Shown: positions 1 to 9,368 of the stretch, in pieces
Numbering within the stretch: the stretch's first letter is position 1
Layout: the number at the start of each line of letters is the position of its first letter
Assembly (NCBI GenBank): GCA_964629785.1
Contig: CAZVRU010000002.1
Coordinates: 34,861-98,860 of the forward strand
DNA: 64,000 bases
Origin: an uncultured Planctomycetia bacterium
GTDB lineage: Bacteria; Omnitrophota; Gorgyraeia; Duberdicusellales; 4484-171
Reading direction: 5' to 3'
Notes under the pieces: generated by a model
What the model saw: the letters and a program-made list of their open reading frames with translations, nothing else
What the model was told of the DNA's origin: nothing
The model's database searches: none
Program-made: the position numbers and the translations under genes

Positions 1-104
1 CGATCGGTGAAGATGACAATGAGCAGGGAGCGGTCAAGCCCTGGTCCTGGAAGGAAATATAGAGATAGGGCGAATGCAGTTCAAATAAAAAAGGAAAAGA
101 GAAA

Positions 105-1313
105 ATGAAAAATTTCAATTATACGGCCCGGGATGAAAAAGGCAAGATCATGCGCGGCACCCAGATGGCTGCCGACGAGATCGATCTGGCCAACCGCCTG
201 GCCAATTCCGGATATTTTCTTACTTCCTTTAAAGAAGTGTCGGCAGACAGCGGGCCCAGGAAAAAAAAGGCAGTCAAGATAAACGCGGCGGAGGTGCTTA
301 ATTTCACTATTCAGCTTTCCACTCTGGTCGATGCCGGGATGCCGCTTCTCGAAGGATTGCGGGAACTGGCCCAGGAAGCAGAGAATGAAAAAATACAGTA
401 TATGATCGACGATATCCGTTTCCGTATCGAGAGCGGCAGTACTCTCAAAGAAGCTCTGTCCATGCACCCCCAGACTTTTTCCAAACTTTATGTGTCGATC
501 GTGGGAGCCGGCGAGTCGACCGGTAAATTGTCGAGAGTGCTGCAGGATGTGGCTCATCTGCTGGAATGGCAGCAGGAACTGATGGCCAAGATAAAAGAAA
601 GTTCTATTTATCCGGTGATCCTGTTCGCGGTCATGATCGGCGTGGTATTACTTCTGGTGGTCAAAGTTATCCCGATCTTCGAACCGATGTTCGAGGAAAT
701 GGGCGTGGCCCTTCCGGTGCCTACTCAGATAGTTCTCGGCGTGAGCCAGGCCGTGCGCCGCTATTTTCTTCTGATGATCGTTGCGGCTGTCGGTTCGGGT
801 ATCGGACTTAAATTCTACAATAACACGGAAAAAGGCCGTTACCAGATCGACAGCGTCAAACTGCGCTTGCCGATCTTCGGAGAGCTGATAAAAAAGATCG
901 CCCTTTCCCGTTTTACCCATACTTTTGTGCTTTGTTTCAAAACCGGCCTTAACCTGCTTACTACCCTGGATATTGCCAAGGATACCACCGGCAATGCCCG
1001 TATCGAACAGGCTATCGCCCGGGCCAAAGAGTCGGTCAATGTAGGAGAGAAGCTGGCCAGCTCTTTGCAGATGACCGGCGAATTCCCGCCCCTGGTGATA
1101 CGCATGATCAATGTGGGAGAACAGTCAGGTGCTCTGGGCAATACACTGGAAAAGGTGGCCGAATTCTACGATAAAGAGGTCACTTCTACAGTGAAACGAA
1201 TATTTGCTTTGTTTGAACCGATCATGATTGTTATAATGGGACTTGTGGTAGGGGGCATTGCCATGTCTATCTTTCTGCCGCTGTTCAGTCTTATTTCGCA
1301 GGTAGGGGGTTGA
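105..1313 (+). CDS. pilC: Type IV pilus / type II secretion inner-membrane platform protein (PilC/GspF family)
   Basis: The 402 aa product has the duplicated GspF-type domain architecture and multiple TM segments (for example 'SIYPVILFAVMIGVVLLLV'). An AG-rich RBS precedes the ATG at 105. Confidence 0.85.
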   Translation: MKNFNYTARDEKGKIMRGTQMAADEIDLANRLANSGYFLTSFKEVSADSGPRKKKAVKINAAEVLNFTIQLSTLVDAGMPLLEGLRELAQEAENEKIQYMIDDIRFRIESGSTLKEALSMHPQTFSKLYVSIVGAGESTGKLSRVLQDVAHLLEWQQELMAKIKESSIYPVILFAVMIGVVLLLVVKVIPIFEPMFEEMGVALPVPTQIVLGVSQAVRRYFLLMIVAAVGSGIGLKFYNNTEKGRYQIDSVKLRLPIFGELIKKIALSRFTHTFVLCFKTGLNLLTTLDIAKDTTGNARIEQAIARAKESVNVGEKLASSLQMTGEFPPLVIRMINVGEQSGALGNTLEKVAEFYDKEVTSTVKRIFALFEPIMIVIMGLVVGGIAMSIFLPLFSLISQVGG

Positions 1314-1317
1314 TACT

Positions 1318-3150
1318 ATGCGTTCGTTAATCGGCATCGATATAGGCACCCGCTTTGTAAAAGTGGTGCGTTTTGAACAGGGGAAAAGGCTTTTGATAAA
1401 ACAGGCCTTCAGTTTTCCGGTTCCCCTTACTGATCCGGAAAATTTTTCCTTTGACCGGGAGGCTTTTGCCCGCCTGCTTACCGAACAGATTTCTTTGCCG
1501 GTTATCAGAAATTCGCGGCTGGCAGTTAATTTTTCTGCTTCGCTGGTCAGTATGCTTCTGGTCAATCTGCCTAAATTCCGCAATCAGAAAGAGATAGAGA
1601 CAGCGGTATGCGCCGAGGCCAAACGCAAGATGGTACCGGTACCGGGTCCGGACAGTATTTTTGAATACATGATCCTGGGCGAGAGCACAGCCACCAAAAT
1701 ACCCCGTTATGAAGTAATGGTGGCCAAAAGCGAAAAAAAACATGTCGACGAAATACTGGGACTTTTTTCCCAGTTCGGGGATGTTTATCCGGAATTGATC
1801 ACTCCCAGTTATTGCACAGTGCCTTTTCTTCTTCCACAGGAAAAAAATGATCTGAAAAAGGATACCCTTTTTGCCAATATCGGTTACGAAACTCTGAGCA
1901 TCAGTATTGTGCGGGAAGACAAGGTCTATCTTTCCCGCAGCGTCAAGTTCGGGCTGAAGGATATTATCGGCCATATCGGTTCTACTCTGGCCAGGACAAG
2001 CGAACAGACAATGGCCATAATCGATAAAGCAGGGGTGCCGGAAGTGGATTTCGATTTCAGCGATAAAGTCAAGGTCGCGGAAGAGATAATGCGCCAGAAA
2101 TACGAAAGTTCAGCCGATACATCCGGCGCCGAACAAGTGAACCTTATTGAGCTGCGCATGTGCTGGGATACCGAGATCGAACGTGTAGTCCATGAGATAC
2201 GCAGGACTCTGATTTTTTATAAAGATCAATCGCAGGGCCGCCGGGTCGAAAAGATGTTTTTTTACGGAGGCGGCGCGCAGATTAAAGGCATGACTTCGGC
2301 TTTGATGAAAAAATTGAGCGGTGTTCATGTCGAGGGAGTGCCGTTAAAGTCACTGGGCATACATATTTCCGGAGAAAACGAGTTATATGTGACAGAAAAC
2401 CAATTGGCGCTGACTCCGGCTTTTTCTCTGGCCTATTATCTTCATTCGGTCAAAGCAAAAACGATAATAAATTTCCTTCCCCTGGCATTGAAAAAGAAAG
2501 AAGCAACGCTCAGGGCCCAGGTGACGGCATTGATCGCCGGGGTGATCATTTCGGCAGCACTTTTTTTAGGCTGGATAACTCTGCTGGTCAATATCGGCGT
2601 TTACCAGAGAGAGGCTTCCTGGCTGGAATTCGAGATGACCAGGGCTCAGCGGATCATCGAAGATCTTAATCGCTTCAAGCAGGAGCAGCGGGAATTACAG
2701 CAGAAGAAATCGATGGTGGAAAAAGTATCCGGCAGTATTATCTATATGCCCCCTTTACTGGCGGCAGTAGCCGACAGTATTCCCGAAGAAGTGGTGATCG
2801 AGGAGATGGACATGGGCAATGCCGTTTCGGCAGCAGCCGGACAGGGGGGGGCTTCCCCGACCGGCAGGTTCTCGGCGCCTCAGCCTGCGGTAACTTCGCC
2901 CCAGAGCCAGACTTCCCTGCCGGGAGTGACCATTAAAGCGTATAGTCATGCCGATTATGAATCGACCTGCGCTTATGCCCTGGATTTCAAACAGGCTCTG
3001 GAAAAAAGCGGTAAATTCAGAAACGTGGAACTGGTATATCCGGAACTGGAAGAAATATCCCCGGTGTTTAAAAGCGAAAAAGATGTTTCTTTGACCGAAA
3101 AACGCGACCGTTTTTTCAGTATCAAAGCGGAAGTGGTGATATCCGAATGA
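1318..3150 (+). CDS. Fused PilM-PilN (GspL-like architecture): N-terminal actin-like ATPase, one TM helix, periplasmic coiled coil, and a Pro/Ser/Gln-rich linker
   Basis: The N-terminus 'LIGIDIGTRFVKVV' matches the PilM start. A single TM helix ('ALIAGVIISAALFLGWITLLV') lies near residue 400, followed by a PilN-like coiled coil. The gene sits immediately after pilC, and its stop overlaps the next gene by 4 nt. Confidence 0.7.
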   Translation: MRSLIGIDIGTRFVKVVRFEQGKRLLIKQAFSFPVPLTDPENFSFDREAFARLLTEQISLPVIRNSRLAVNFSASLVSMLLVNLPKFRNQKEIETAVCAEAKRKMVPVPGPDSIFEYMILGESTATKIPRYEVMVAKSEKKHVDEILGLFSQFGDVYPELITPSYCTVPFLLPQEKNDLKKDTLFANIGYETLSISIVREDKVYLSRSVKFGLKDIIGHIGSTLARTSEQTMAIIDKAGVPEVDFDFSDKVKVAEEIMRQKYESSADTSGAEQVNLIELRMCWDTEIERVVHEIRRTLIFYKDQSQGRRVEKMFFYGGGAQIKGMTSALMKKLSGVHVEGVPLKSLGIHISGENELYVTENQLALTPAFSLAYYLHSVKAKTIINFLPLALKKKEATLRAQVTALIAGVIISAALFLGWITLLVNIGVYQREASWLEFEMTRAQRIIEDLNRFKQEQRELQQKKSMVEKVSGSIIYMPPLLAAVADSIPEEVVIEEMDMGNAVSAAAGQGGASPTGRFSAPQPAVTSPQSQTSLPGVTIKAYSHADYESTCAYALDFKQALEKSGKFRNVELVYPELEEISPVFKSEKDVSLTEKRDRFFSIKAEVVISE

Positions 3151-3746
3151 AGATATTCAAGTTTTTATTCTGCCTGCTGTGCCTGGTCGTCATTGTCCTG
3201 GCAGTTTTATTCTTTCTGGCCTTTCAGAAGCACGATAAGTACAGCAGCGATGTTCGCCTGAAACGGCAACAGGTCGCCGAGGCTGCCAGCTATAAACAGG
3301 AAGCCATGCAGCTTTCCCGGACTCTGGAAGAGATCCGCAGAGATTCCGGGTTATTGTCTAAAAAAATTCCTTTTCACGAAACCCAGCCTCTGGCGACGAT
3401 AAAAGAGCTTACCGTGCTGGCCCGCCAGAGAAGGCTGGTCAATGTTTCCTTTATATGCCCGGACCGTACGGCTTCCGGCCAGAGCCAGATCACCTCTTCT
3501 CCGGCAGTAGCGGCCGGCTCCCCTTTCGCCGCTCCTGCTTCGCCTTCGGCCGCCTCAGGGGAAATAAATCCTCTGGAATTCAGTATGACCTGCGAATGCG
3601 ATTTTCGGCAGTTGCTGGGATTTCTTGAAGATATCTCGTCTCTGGAACGTCTGGTATCAGTGCGCAGTATCAGAGTGTCCAGAAACCAGACCATCATTCC
3701 CAAGCAAAAAGTAACGTTCGAGCTTACTTCCTATACTTTCCCCTGA
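3147..3746 (+). CDS. PilO/GspM-like bitopic pilus assembly protein
   Basis: The 199 aa product has an N-terminal TM anchor, a coiled coil and an Ala/Pro/Ser-rich linker. It is translationally coupled to the PilMN fusion upstream. Confidence 0.55.
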   Translation: MKIFKFLFCLLCLVVIVLAVLFFLAFQKHDKYSSDVRLKRQQVAEAASYKQEAMQLSRTLEEIRRDSGLLSKKIPFHETQPLATIKELTVLARQRRLVNVSFICPDRTASGQSQITSSPAVAAGSPFAAPASPSAASGEINPLEFSMTCECDFRQLLGFLEDISSLERLVSVRSIRVSRNQTIIPKQKVTFELTSYTFP

Positions 3747-3941
3747 CCAGAATAAGCGATGGACTGCCAGAACCGCCTCGCCTTTTTGGCCAAGCGGGAT
3801 CCCTGCTTCCAGCGGCGAAAAGCAAAGGGGAAGGGATGTCTTCGGCAAAAAAGCAAATATACCGGTGCGGTTTTAAAAAGTATATGATATAATATTTATC
3901 CTTTGTCAGGGGGTGGCATTAGGAGACAAGTATTTATCTCT

Positions 3942-5045
3942 ATGGGGTTTAAAAAGAATATTTTTGAAGAGATATTGAAAAATTTTCTCGAACGCAGTCT
4001 GTCGCTGCGCTTCGATATCTGCACCTGCGAAAAATGCCGGGCAGCGATGATGGTCCACCTTCTGGCTTTTTTCCCGCCCCGCTATGTGGATACTGACGAT
4101 CCGAAGTATAACGAGATATCTCAGAAGGTCGCTAAAGAAAAATTCAAGGATATCTTTACCGAGGTCAACCGGACAATCGACCGGGTCAGCCGCAACCTTC
4201 CCCATGCCGCGGAAGAAAACCGGGAAGAGGAGTTTGATATGCTTCTGGAAAAGATCAGGGCTGACCGGGGAGTCGATTTCACTCAGTATCACCGTAATAT
4301 CCTCAAACGCCGCATTGCTCCCCGTCTTCACGCCAATAATGTTCGATCCTATGCCGAATATCTGGAAGTACTGGCCCGCAAGCCCGAAGAGTATGCCGCG
4401 CTTTACGATGTGTTCACGATCAATGTCTCTTCTTTTTTCCGCGATCCTCCGGTGTGGCGGGGTATCAAGACCATATTGAAGAGCGTGATCCGGGAGTGTA
4501 ATGAGAAAAACGAGCCGGTGCGCATATGGAGTGCCGGCTGTGCTCAGGGGCAGGAGCCGTACTCTCTGGCGATCCTGGCCCTGGAACTTGACGATATCCG
4601 GGTGCCGTTCAAGATAATTGCCACTGATATCGACCGCCAGAGTCTGGAGAAGGCCCGTAAAGGAGAATATGCGGCTTATGATATGACCAAAGCCATGAAA
4701 TATCTGACCAAAGATCTTTTTGTCATAGATCTCGAGAAATACTTCGATGTCTGCGGCGAATTATGGCGGGTTCAGGCGCGGGTAAAAAAGATGATCGAGT
4801 TCGGTACCTTGAACCTTATTTCCGATAAGACCATCGAAGATCCGCATATCATACTCTGTCGCAATGTATTCATATATTTTACCAAACCGCTCCAGGAAAG
4901 GATTGTGGACAAATTTTACCGTTCACTGCGGCCTGAGGGGTATTTTGTCATCGGGAACACCGAGACCCTGGTAACGGAAGCCAAACCGGTGTTCCGGGAG
5001 ATCGATGCCATGAACCGCATTTATCAGAAAATAATGGTGCATTAG
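3942..5045 (+). CDS. ComFB-domain / CheR-type protein-glutamate O-methyltransferase fusion
   Basis: The N-terminal ~80 aa carry the ComFB hallmark cysteine motif 'DICTCEKCRAAMMVHLLAFFPPRY'. The rest is a full CheR fold ('FFRDPPVW', SAM-binding 'VRIWSAGCAQGQEPYSLA'). The track ORF starts with TTG at 3903; the ATG at 3942 is preferred but uncertain. Confidence 0.75.
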   Translation: MGFKKNIFEEILKNFLERSLSLRFDICTCEKCRAAMMVHLLAFFPPRYVDTDDPKYNEISQKVAKEKFKDIFTEVNRTIDRVSRNLPHAAEENREEEFDMLLEKIRADRGVDFTQYHRNILKRRIAPRLHANNVRSYAEYLEVLARKPEEYAALYDVFTINVSSFFRDPPVWRGIKTILKSVIRECNEKNEPVRIWSAGCAQGQEPYSLAILALELDDIRVPFKIIATDIDRQSLEKARKGEYAAYDMTKAMKYLTKDLFVIDLEKYFDVCGELWRVQARVKKMIEFGTLNLISDKTIEDPHIILCRNVFIYFTKPLQERIVDKFYRSLRPEGYFVIGNTETLVTEAKPVFREIDAMNRIYQKIMVH

Positions 5046-5127
5046 GCCGTCCGGATCTTGAACCGTTTTCCGGCTATTCGTCTGCTGATGAGGGCATTGA
5101 CTTTCTGTCAGAGTCTGGTATAGTTAT

Positions 5128-5928
5128 ATGTTTTTCAAATATATATACGCAGTGTTTCTGATTTTTTTTGTTTCGGCGGCCGGCCCTGGTTTCGCCCAGC
5201 AGACGGTGCGTGATTTTTATCTTTCCAATTATCAGGAAGACGGTTCCAAAGGATGGGAACTTAAAGGCAGGGAAGCGCAGGTTTACGAAAGTCGTGTCGA
5301 GATAAACGACATGAATGCCACCTATTACGGAAAAGATCAGAAAGTCGATATCAGTGCCGATCACGGCACGATGAACAAACCGGGACTGGATACATATTTA
5401 AAGGATAACGTGCGGCTGAAAGGCGAGGACGGTTCTGTTCTTTATACCGAATCGCTGTCCTGGAAGAACGATGCCAGTGTTATCGCCAGCCAGGACGATG
5501 TCTGGCTGGAAAAAGGTGATATGCGGATCAAGGCTGAAGGATTCCAGGCTGAACCCCGGCTTAAGAAAGTCGATTTTCAGAAGAACGTAAAGGTCGATGT
5601 GCCCCAGGAAGGCCGCAGCGCGCCGCTGGCCATAGAGTGCCGGGGCACTCTGGAAGTCGATTTCAATTCGGGCCTTGCCGTATTCAATGACGCGGTAGTG
5701 ATCGATTCCCGTGACGGCAAGGTTTTTTCCGATAAGGCCACGGTCTATTTCGATAGTGAAAATAAGGCTCTGCTCAAGATAGTTGCCGAAGGCAATGTCA
5801 AGATAATCAGGGATGATAATGTGACTTTTGCTCAGCGGGCCGTATACCTGGAAGCGGAAAAAAAATTGCTTCTGGAAGGAAGCCCGCGGCTTATTCTTTT
5901 TCCCGACAATGAAGATTTTAGAAATTAA
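5128..5928 (+). CDS. LptC/LptA (OstA-like) periplasmic LPS transport protein
   Basis: It has an N-terminal signal peptide or anchor and OstA-like repeated beta-jellyroll sequence. It lies directly upstream of, and overlaps, lptB. At 266 aa it is longer than a single LptA, so it may be a fused LptC/LptA. Confidence 0.6.
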   Translation: MFFKYIYAVFLIFFVSAAGPGFAQQTVRDFYLSNYQEDGSKGWELKGREAQVYESRVEINDMNATYYGKDQKVDISADHGTMNKPGLDTYLKDNVRLKGEDGSVLYTESLSWKNDASVIASQDDVWLEKGDMRIKAEGFQAEPRLKKVDFQKNVKVDVPQEGRSAPLAIECRGTLEVDFNSGLAVFNDAVVIDSRDGKVFSDKATVYFDSENKALLKIVAEGNVKIIRDDNVTFAQRAVYLEAEKKLLLEGSPRLILFPDNEDFRN

Positions 5929-6631
5929 AGGTTTGTCTAAAAGATACGGCGGCCGTACAGTAGTCAAGGGTGTTTCCTTGAACGTACAGCGCGGCGAGAT
6001 CGTAGGTTTGCTCGGGCCCAACGGCGCCGGTAAGACCACTACTTTTTACATGATCGTAGGGGTGGTCTTTCCGGACAGCGGCAATATTCTTTATGATAAT
6101 CAGGATATCACCTATCTGTCGATACATAAAAGAGCCCGTTTCGGCATCGGGTATCTTTCCCAGGACCCTTCGGTATTCAGAAAACTTACTGTAGAAGATA
6201 ATATAATGGCAATACTGGAAACTTTGCCTCTTTCCCGCAGCGAGCGGCGCCAGAGGCTGAACGCGCTTCTCAAGGAACTGGATATAAGTCATTTGCGCGA
6301 CAGTTTTGCTTACACTTTAAGCGGGGGAGAAATGAGACGTTTGGAGATAACCCGCAGCCTGGTTACTAATCCGTCCTTTCTTTTGCTTGACGAACCGTTT
6401 TCCGGTATTGACCCGATAGTGGTAAATGAAGCCAAGGAACTGATCGTCGAGTTGAAGAACAAAGGTATCGGTATTCTTCTTACCGATCATAATGTGCGGG
6501 AAACCCTGTCGATAACCGACCGGGCTTATATTATTTATGAAGGGAATATCCTTATTTCCGGGACCTCCCGGGATCTGATCAACGATCCCAAAGCAAGAGA
6601 GATATATCTGGGGAAAAATTTTCAGATGTAG
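5909..6631 (+). CDS. lptB: LPS export ABC transporter ATP-binding protein LptB
   Basis: It has the Walker A motif 'GLLGPNGAGKTTTF', the ABC signature 'LSGGEMRRLEI' and Walker B 'LLLDEP'. The start was chosen at 'MKILEIKGLSKRY', an internal ATG of the track ORF. Confidence 0.88.
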   Translation: MKILEIKGLSKRYGGRTVVKGVSLNVQRGEIVGLLGPNGAGKTTTFYMIVGVVFPDSGNILYDNQDITYLSIHKRARFGIGYLSQDPSVFRKLTVEDNIMAILETLPLSRSERRQRLNALLKELDISHLRDSFAYTLSGGEMRRLEITRSLVTNPSFLLLDEPFSGIDPIVVNEAKELIVELKNKGIGILLTDHNVRETLSITDRAYIIYEGNILISGTSRDLINDPKAREIYLGKNFQM

Positions 6632-6646
6632 TGAAAGGAGAGACTG

Positions 6647-7537
6647 ATGAATGTCACGATAAAAAAGACCAATAAACTTGCCCGGACCCTGACCATTACC
6701 GTGGACAGGGAACAACTGGAAAAAGACCGGGCAGAACTGTATAAGACCCTTGGTAAAAAACTTAAAGTACCGGGGTTCAGGGAAGGCTCGGCGCCAACAG
6801 AACTTCTGGAAAAACATCACGCTAAGGTGTTGCGGGAAGAGTTTTTGAAGTGGGCGATACCTTCCTATTATGAACAGGCCCTGAAAACTGAGGCGTTGTT
6901 GCCGGTAGGATTGCCTCATATTTCCGATGTCGAGTACACTGCCGGGAAGTTGGAATTCAATGCCGAAATAGAGCTGAAACCGGAACCGGTCCTGGAAACT
7001 TCGATGTATCGGGGAATAAAGATAAAATCGCCGATGCCCAAGGTGTCTTCGGAAGAATTGAAAAAGCTTATGAAAAATGTAAGGGAAAATATCCAGAAAG
7101 TACTTAAAAAAGAAGTGACCGACGAGGATGCGGCCCGCTGGTCAGGTTATGCCGGTGAGAACGATCTTAAAGAGGCGGCCCGGATCGAACTGGAAAGCGC
7201 TATGCTGCGTCAGCGTCGCCAGGAAGTGGAAAATCAGCTGGTAACGGCCCTGCTTAAAAAGGTCAGTATCGATGTCCCGGCCCGTATCGTCGATGAACAG
7301 ACTGCCAAACTGGTCAATCAGGAGAGTTACGGTCTGCGGGCCAAGGGCGTGCCTGACGAAGATATCCAGAAAAGCCGGAAAGATCTTGAGGACAAATGCC
7401 GACCCATTGCCGCAGATCAGGTTAAATTGTATTATATTCTGGAAGCCATCGCTGCCCGGGAGGTTCTGGAGGTAGATACCCAGAACCTTTATGAACGGGT
7501 GACAGGCTATCTGCTCAGTGTTGCCGAATATAAATAA
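6647..7537 (+). CDS. tig: Trigger factor, short form lacking the FKBP/PPIase domain
   Basis: The N-terminal ribosome-binding domain carries the 'GFREGSAP' signature (GFRxGxxP), and the gene sits directly upstream of clpP. It is only 296 aa and has no FKBP motifs. Confidence 0.75.
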   Translation: MNVTIKKTNKLARTLTITVDREQLEKDRAELYKTLGKKLKVPGFREGSAPTELLEKHHAKVLREEFLKWAIPSYYEQALKTEALLPVGLPHISDVEYTAGKLEFNAEIELKPEPVLETSMYRGIKIKSPMPKVSSEELKKLMKNVRENIQKVLKKEVTDEDAARWSGYAGENDLKEAARIELESAMLRQRRQEVENQLVTALLKKVSIDVPARIVDEQTAKLVNQESYGLRAKGVPDEDIQKSRKDLEDKCRPIAADQVKLYYILEAIAAREVLEVDTQNLYERVTGYLLSVAEYK

Positions 7538-7557
7538 CGTCAAAAGGGAGGAAAGAT

Positions 7558-8175
7558 ATGGATCAGCAATCACGCTGCCAGACCTATGTGCCGATGGTTA
7601 TCGAACATACCGGAAGAGCGGAACGGGCCTATGACATTTATTCCCGTCTGCTGAAAGACCGGATCATTTTTATCGGTACCCCGGTCGATGATAACGTGGC
7701 CAATATCGTCATTGCCCAATTGCTTTTTCTTCAGATGGAAGACACCAATAAAGATATCAATATCTATATCAATACTCCCGGCGGGGTAGTAACTGCCGGT
7801 CTGGCTATTTACGATACGATGCGTTTTGTCAAATGCGATGTGGCGACATATTGCGTAGGCCAGGCTGCCAGTATGGGGGCGGTTTTGCTTACGGCCGGCA
7901 CCAAGGGTAAACGATTCGCCCTGCCTAATTCAAGGATCATGATCCACCAGCCCTGGGGCGGGGTGCAGGGAAGTGCTGAAGATATTTCCCGTCAGACAAA
8001 CGAAATACTGCGTTTAAGGGAAAAAGTAAATGACATCCTTTCGGCCCACACCGGTCAGTCTCTGGAGAAGATCAAACAGGATACGGACCGTGATTATTTC
8101 ATCACTGCCGATGAAGCGCGTCGGTACGGTCTTATCGACGAAGTCATTTGCCCCCAGGACCAGCAGGCTTCCTGA
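7558..8175 (+). CDS. clpP: ATP-dependent Clp protease proteolytic subunit
   Basis: Strong ClpP similarity ('[24 protein letters not shown]', '[11 protein letters not shown]'). Confidence 0.93.
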   Translation: MDQQSRCQTYVPMVIEHTGRAERAYDIYSRLLKDRIIFIGTPVDDNVANIVIAQLLFLQMEDTNKDINIYINTPGGVVTAGLAIYDTMRFVKCDVATYCVGQAASMGAVLLTAGTKGKRFALPNSRIMIHQPWGGVQGSAEDISRQTNEILRLREKVNDILSAHTGQSLEKIKQDTDRDYFITADEARRYGLIDEVICPQDQQAS

Positions 8176-8234
8176 GAGCAGTGACAGGTAGAAAAGAACA
8201 GATTTAAGAACGGCATAATGCGGAGGTAGATTCT

Positions 8235-9368
8235 ATGAAACGCAAAGCTCTTATGACTCCCGGACCATCTCCTGTACCTGCGGCGGTTCGCGAAGCTCTG
8301 GCCCGGGAAATAATTCATCACCGGACCGATGAGTTCAAAAGTATTCTGACCAGTGTTCATCAGGGACTGAAAGATATATTCTGCACCGATAATCCGGTGC
8401 TGGTTTTCTCTTCTTCCGGTACCGGGGCCATGGAAGCGGCCGTGGTGAATTTCCTTTCCCGTAAAGATAAGGTCATCGTGATCAACGGCGGAAAATTCGG
8501 CGAACGCTGGAAAGGTATTTGCCAGGCTTACGGCGTGGAGACAATCGAATACGTTTTGGAGTGGGGAACAGCGCCCGATGCCGGTCATATTGCCGAACTG
8601 CTCAAGAAGAACCGGGATGTCAAAGCCGTTTATACGACTCTCTGCGAAACATCAACCGGTACTGCCTATGATATTGAACAGATCGCCAGAGTGACCGGGG
8701 AAACCGATGCGCTTTGCGTGGTCGACGCGATCAGCGGTCTGGGGCAGGACGAACTGCGTACTGACGACTGGAAAGTGGATATAGTGGTCAGCGGTTCGCA
8801 AAAGGGTTTTATGCTGCCGCCCGGTCTTGCCTTTATGAGCCTGAGCCGGAAAGCAGAGGAATATCTGGGAAAAAGTGATCTGCCCTGTTATTATTTCGAT
8901 GTCCAGAAGGCCCTGAAAAGTCATGCCAAGAACGATACTCCCTATACTTCGGCTGTATCGTTGATCGTGGGCCTGGATGCGGCGATAAAACTGCTGAAAG
9001 AGGACGGTATGGAAAAACGCTGGGAATATTGCAAAACCTTGGCCAGAGCAGCCCGGGAAGCGGCTAAAGCCCTGGGATTGTCTCTTTTTTCCCAACGTCC
9101 TTCTTCTTCGGTCACGGCGATAATGGCTCCCCAGGGCATCAAATCCACTGACCTGGTCAAAAAGCTGCGCAATGAAGAAGGTTTGAGCATTGCCGGCGGC
9201 CAGGATGCGGTAAAGGATGCGATATTCCGCATTGCCCACATGGGCTGGATCAATGCCCAGGACCTGATAATGTGTTTTTCTCTGGTGGAGAAAGCACTGC
9301 GTTCTCTGGGATACGACTTTAAGTTAGGGGCATCTCTGCAGAAGATACAGGAGGTCATCTATGCATAA
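8235..9368 (+). CDS. serC: Class-V aminotransferase, probable phosphoserine aminotransferase
   Basis: It has the class-V aminotransferase fold with a PLP lysine region ('SGSQKGFMLPPGLAF'). Its stop overlaps the serA start. Confidence 0.7.
   Translation: MKRKALMTPGPSPVPAAVREALAREIIHHRTDEFKSILTSVHQGLKDIFCTDNPVLVFSSSGTGAMEAAVVNFLSRKDKVIVINGGKFGERWKGICQAYGVETIEYVLEWGTAPDAGHIAELLKKNRDVKAVYTTLCETSTGTAYDIEQIARVTGETDALCVVDAISGLGQDELRTDDWKVDIVVSGSQKGFMLPPGLAFMSLSRKAEEYLGKSDLPCYYFDVQKALKSHAKNDTPYTSAVSLIVGLDAAIKLLKEDGMEKRWEYCKTLARAAREAAKALGLSLFSQRPSSSVTAIMAPQGIKSTDLVKKLRNEEGLSIAGGQDAVKDAIFRIAHMGWINAQDLIMCFSLVEKALRSLGYDFKLGASLQKIQEVIYA

Noticed and set aside
1-104. Possible 3' end of an upstream gene (frame 3, '...GEDDNEQGAVKPWSWKEI*') at the window edge
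   Set aside because: Only about 20 codons are visible and there is no recognisable motif, so it cannot be supported as a feature.
81-557. Minus-strand 158 aa ORF and several small + strand alternative-frame ORFs (for example 566-811) overlapping pilC
   Set aside because: They overlap a well-supported GspF/PilC-family CDS and have no similarity or translation signals of their own.
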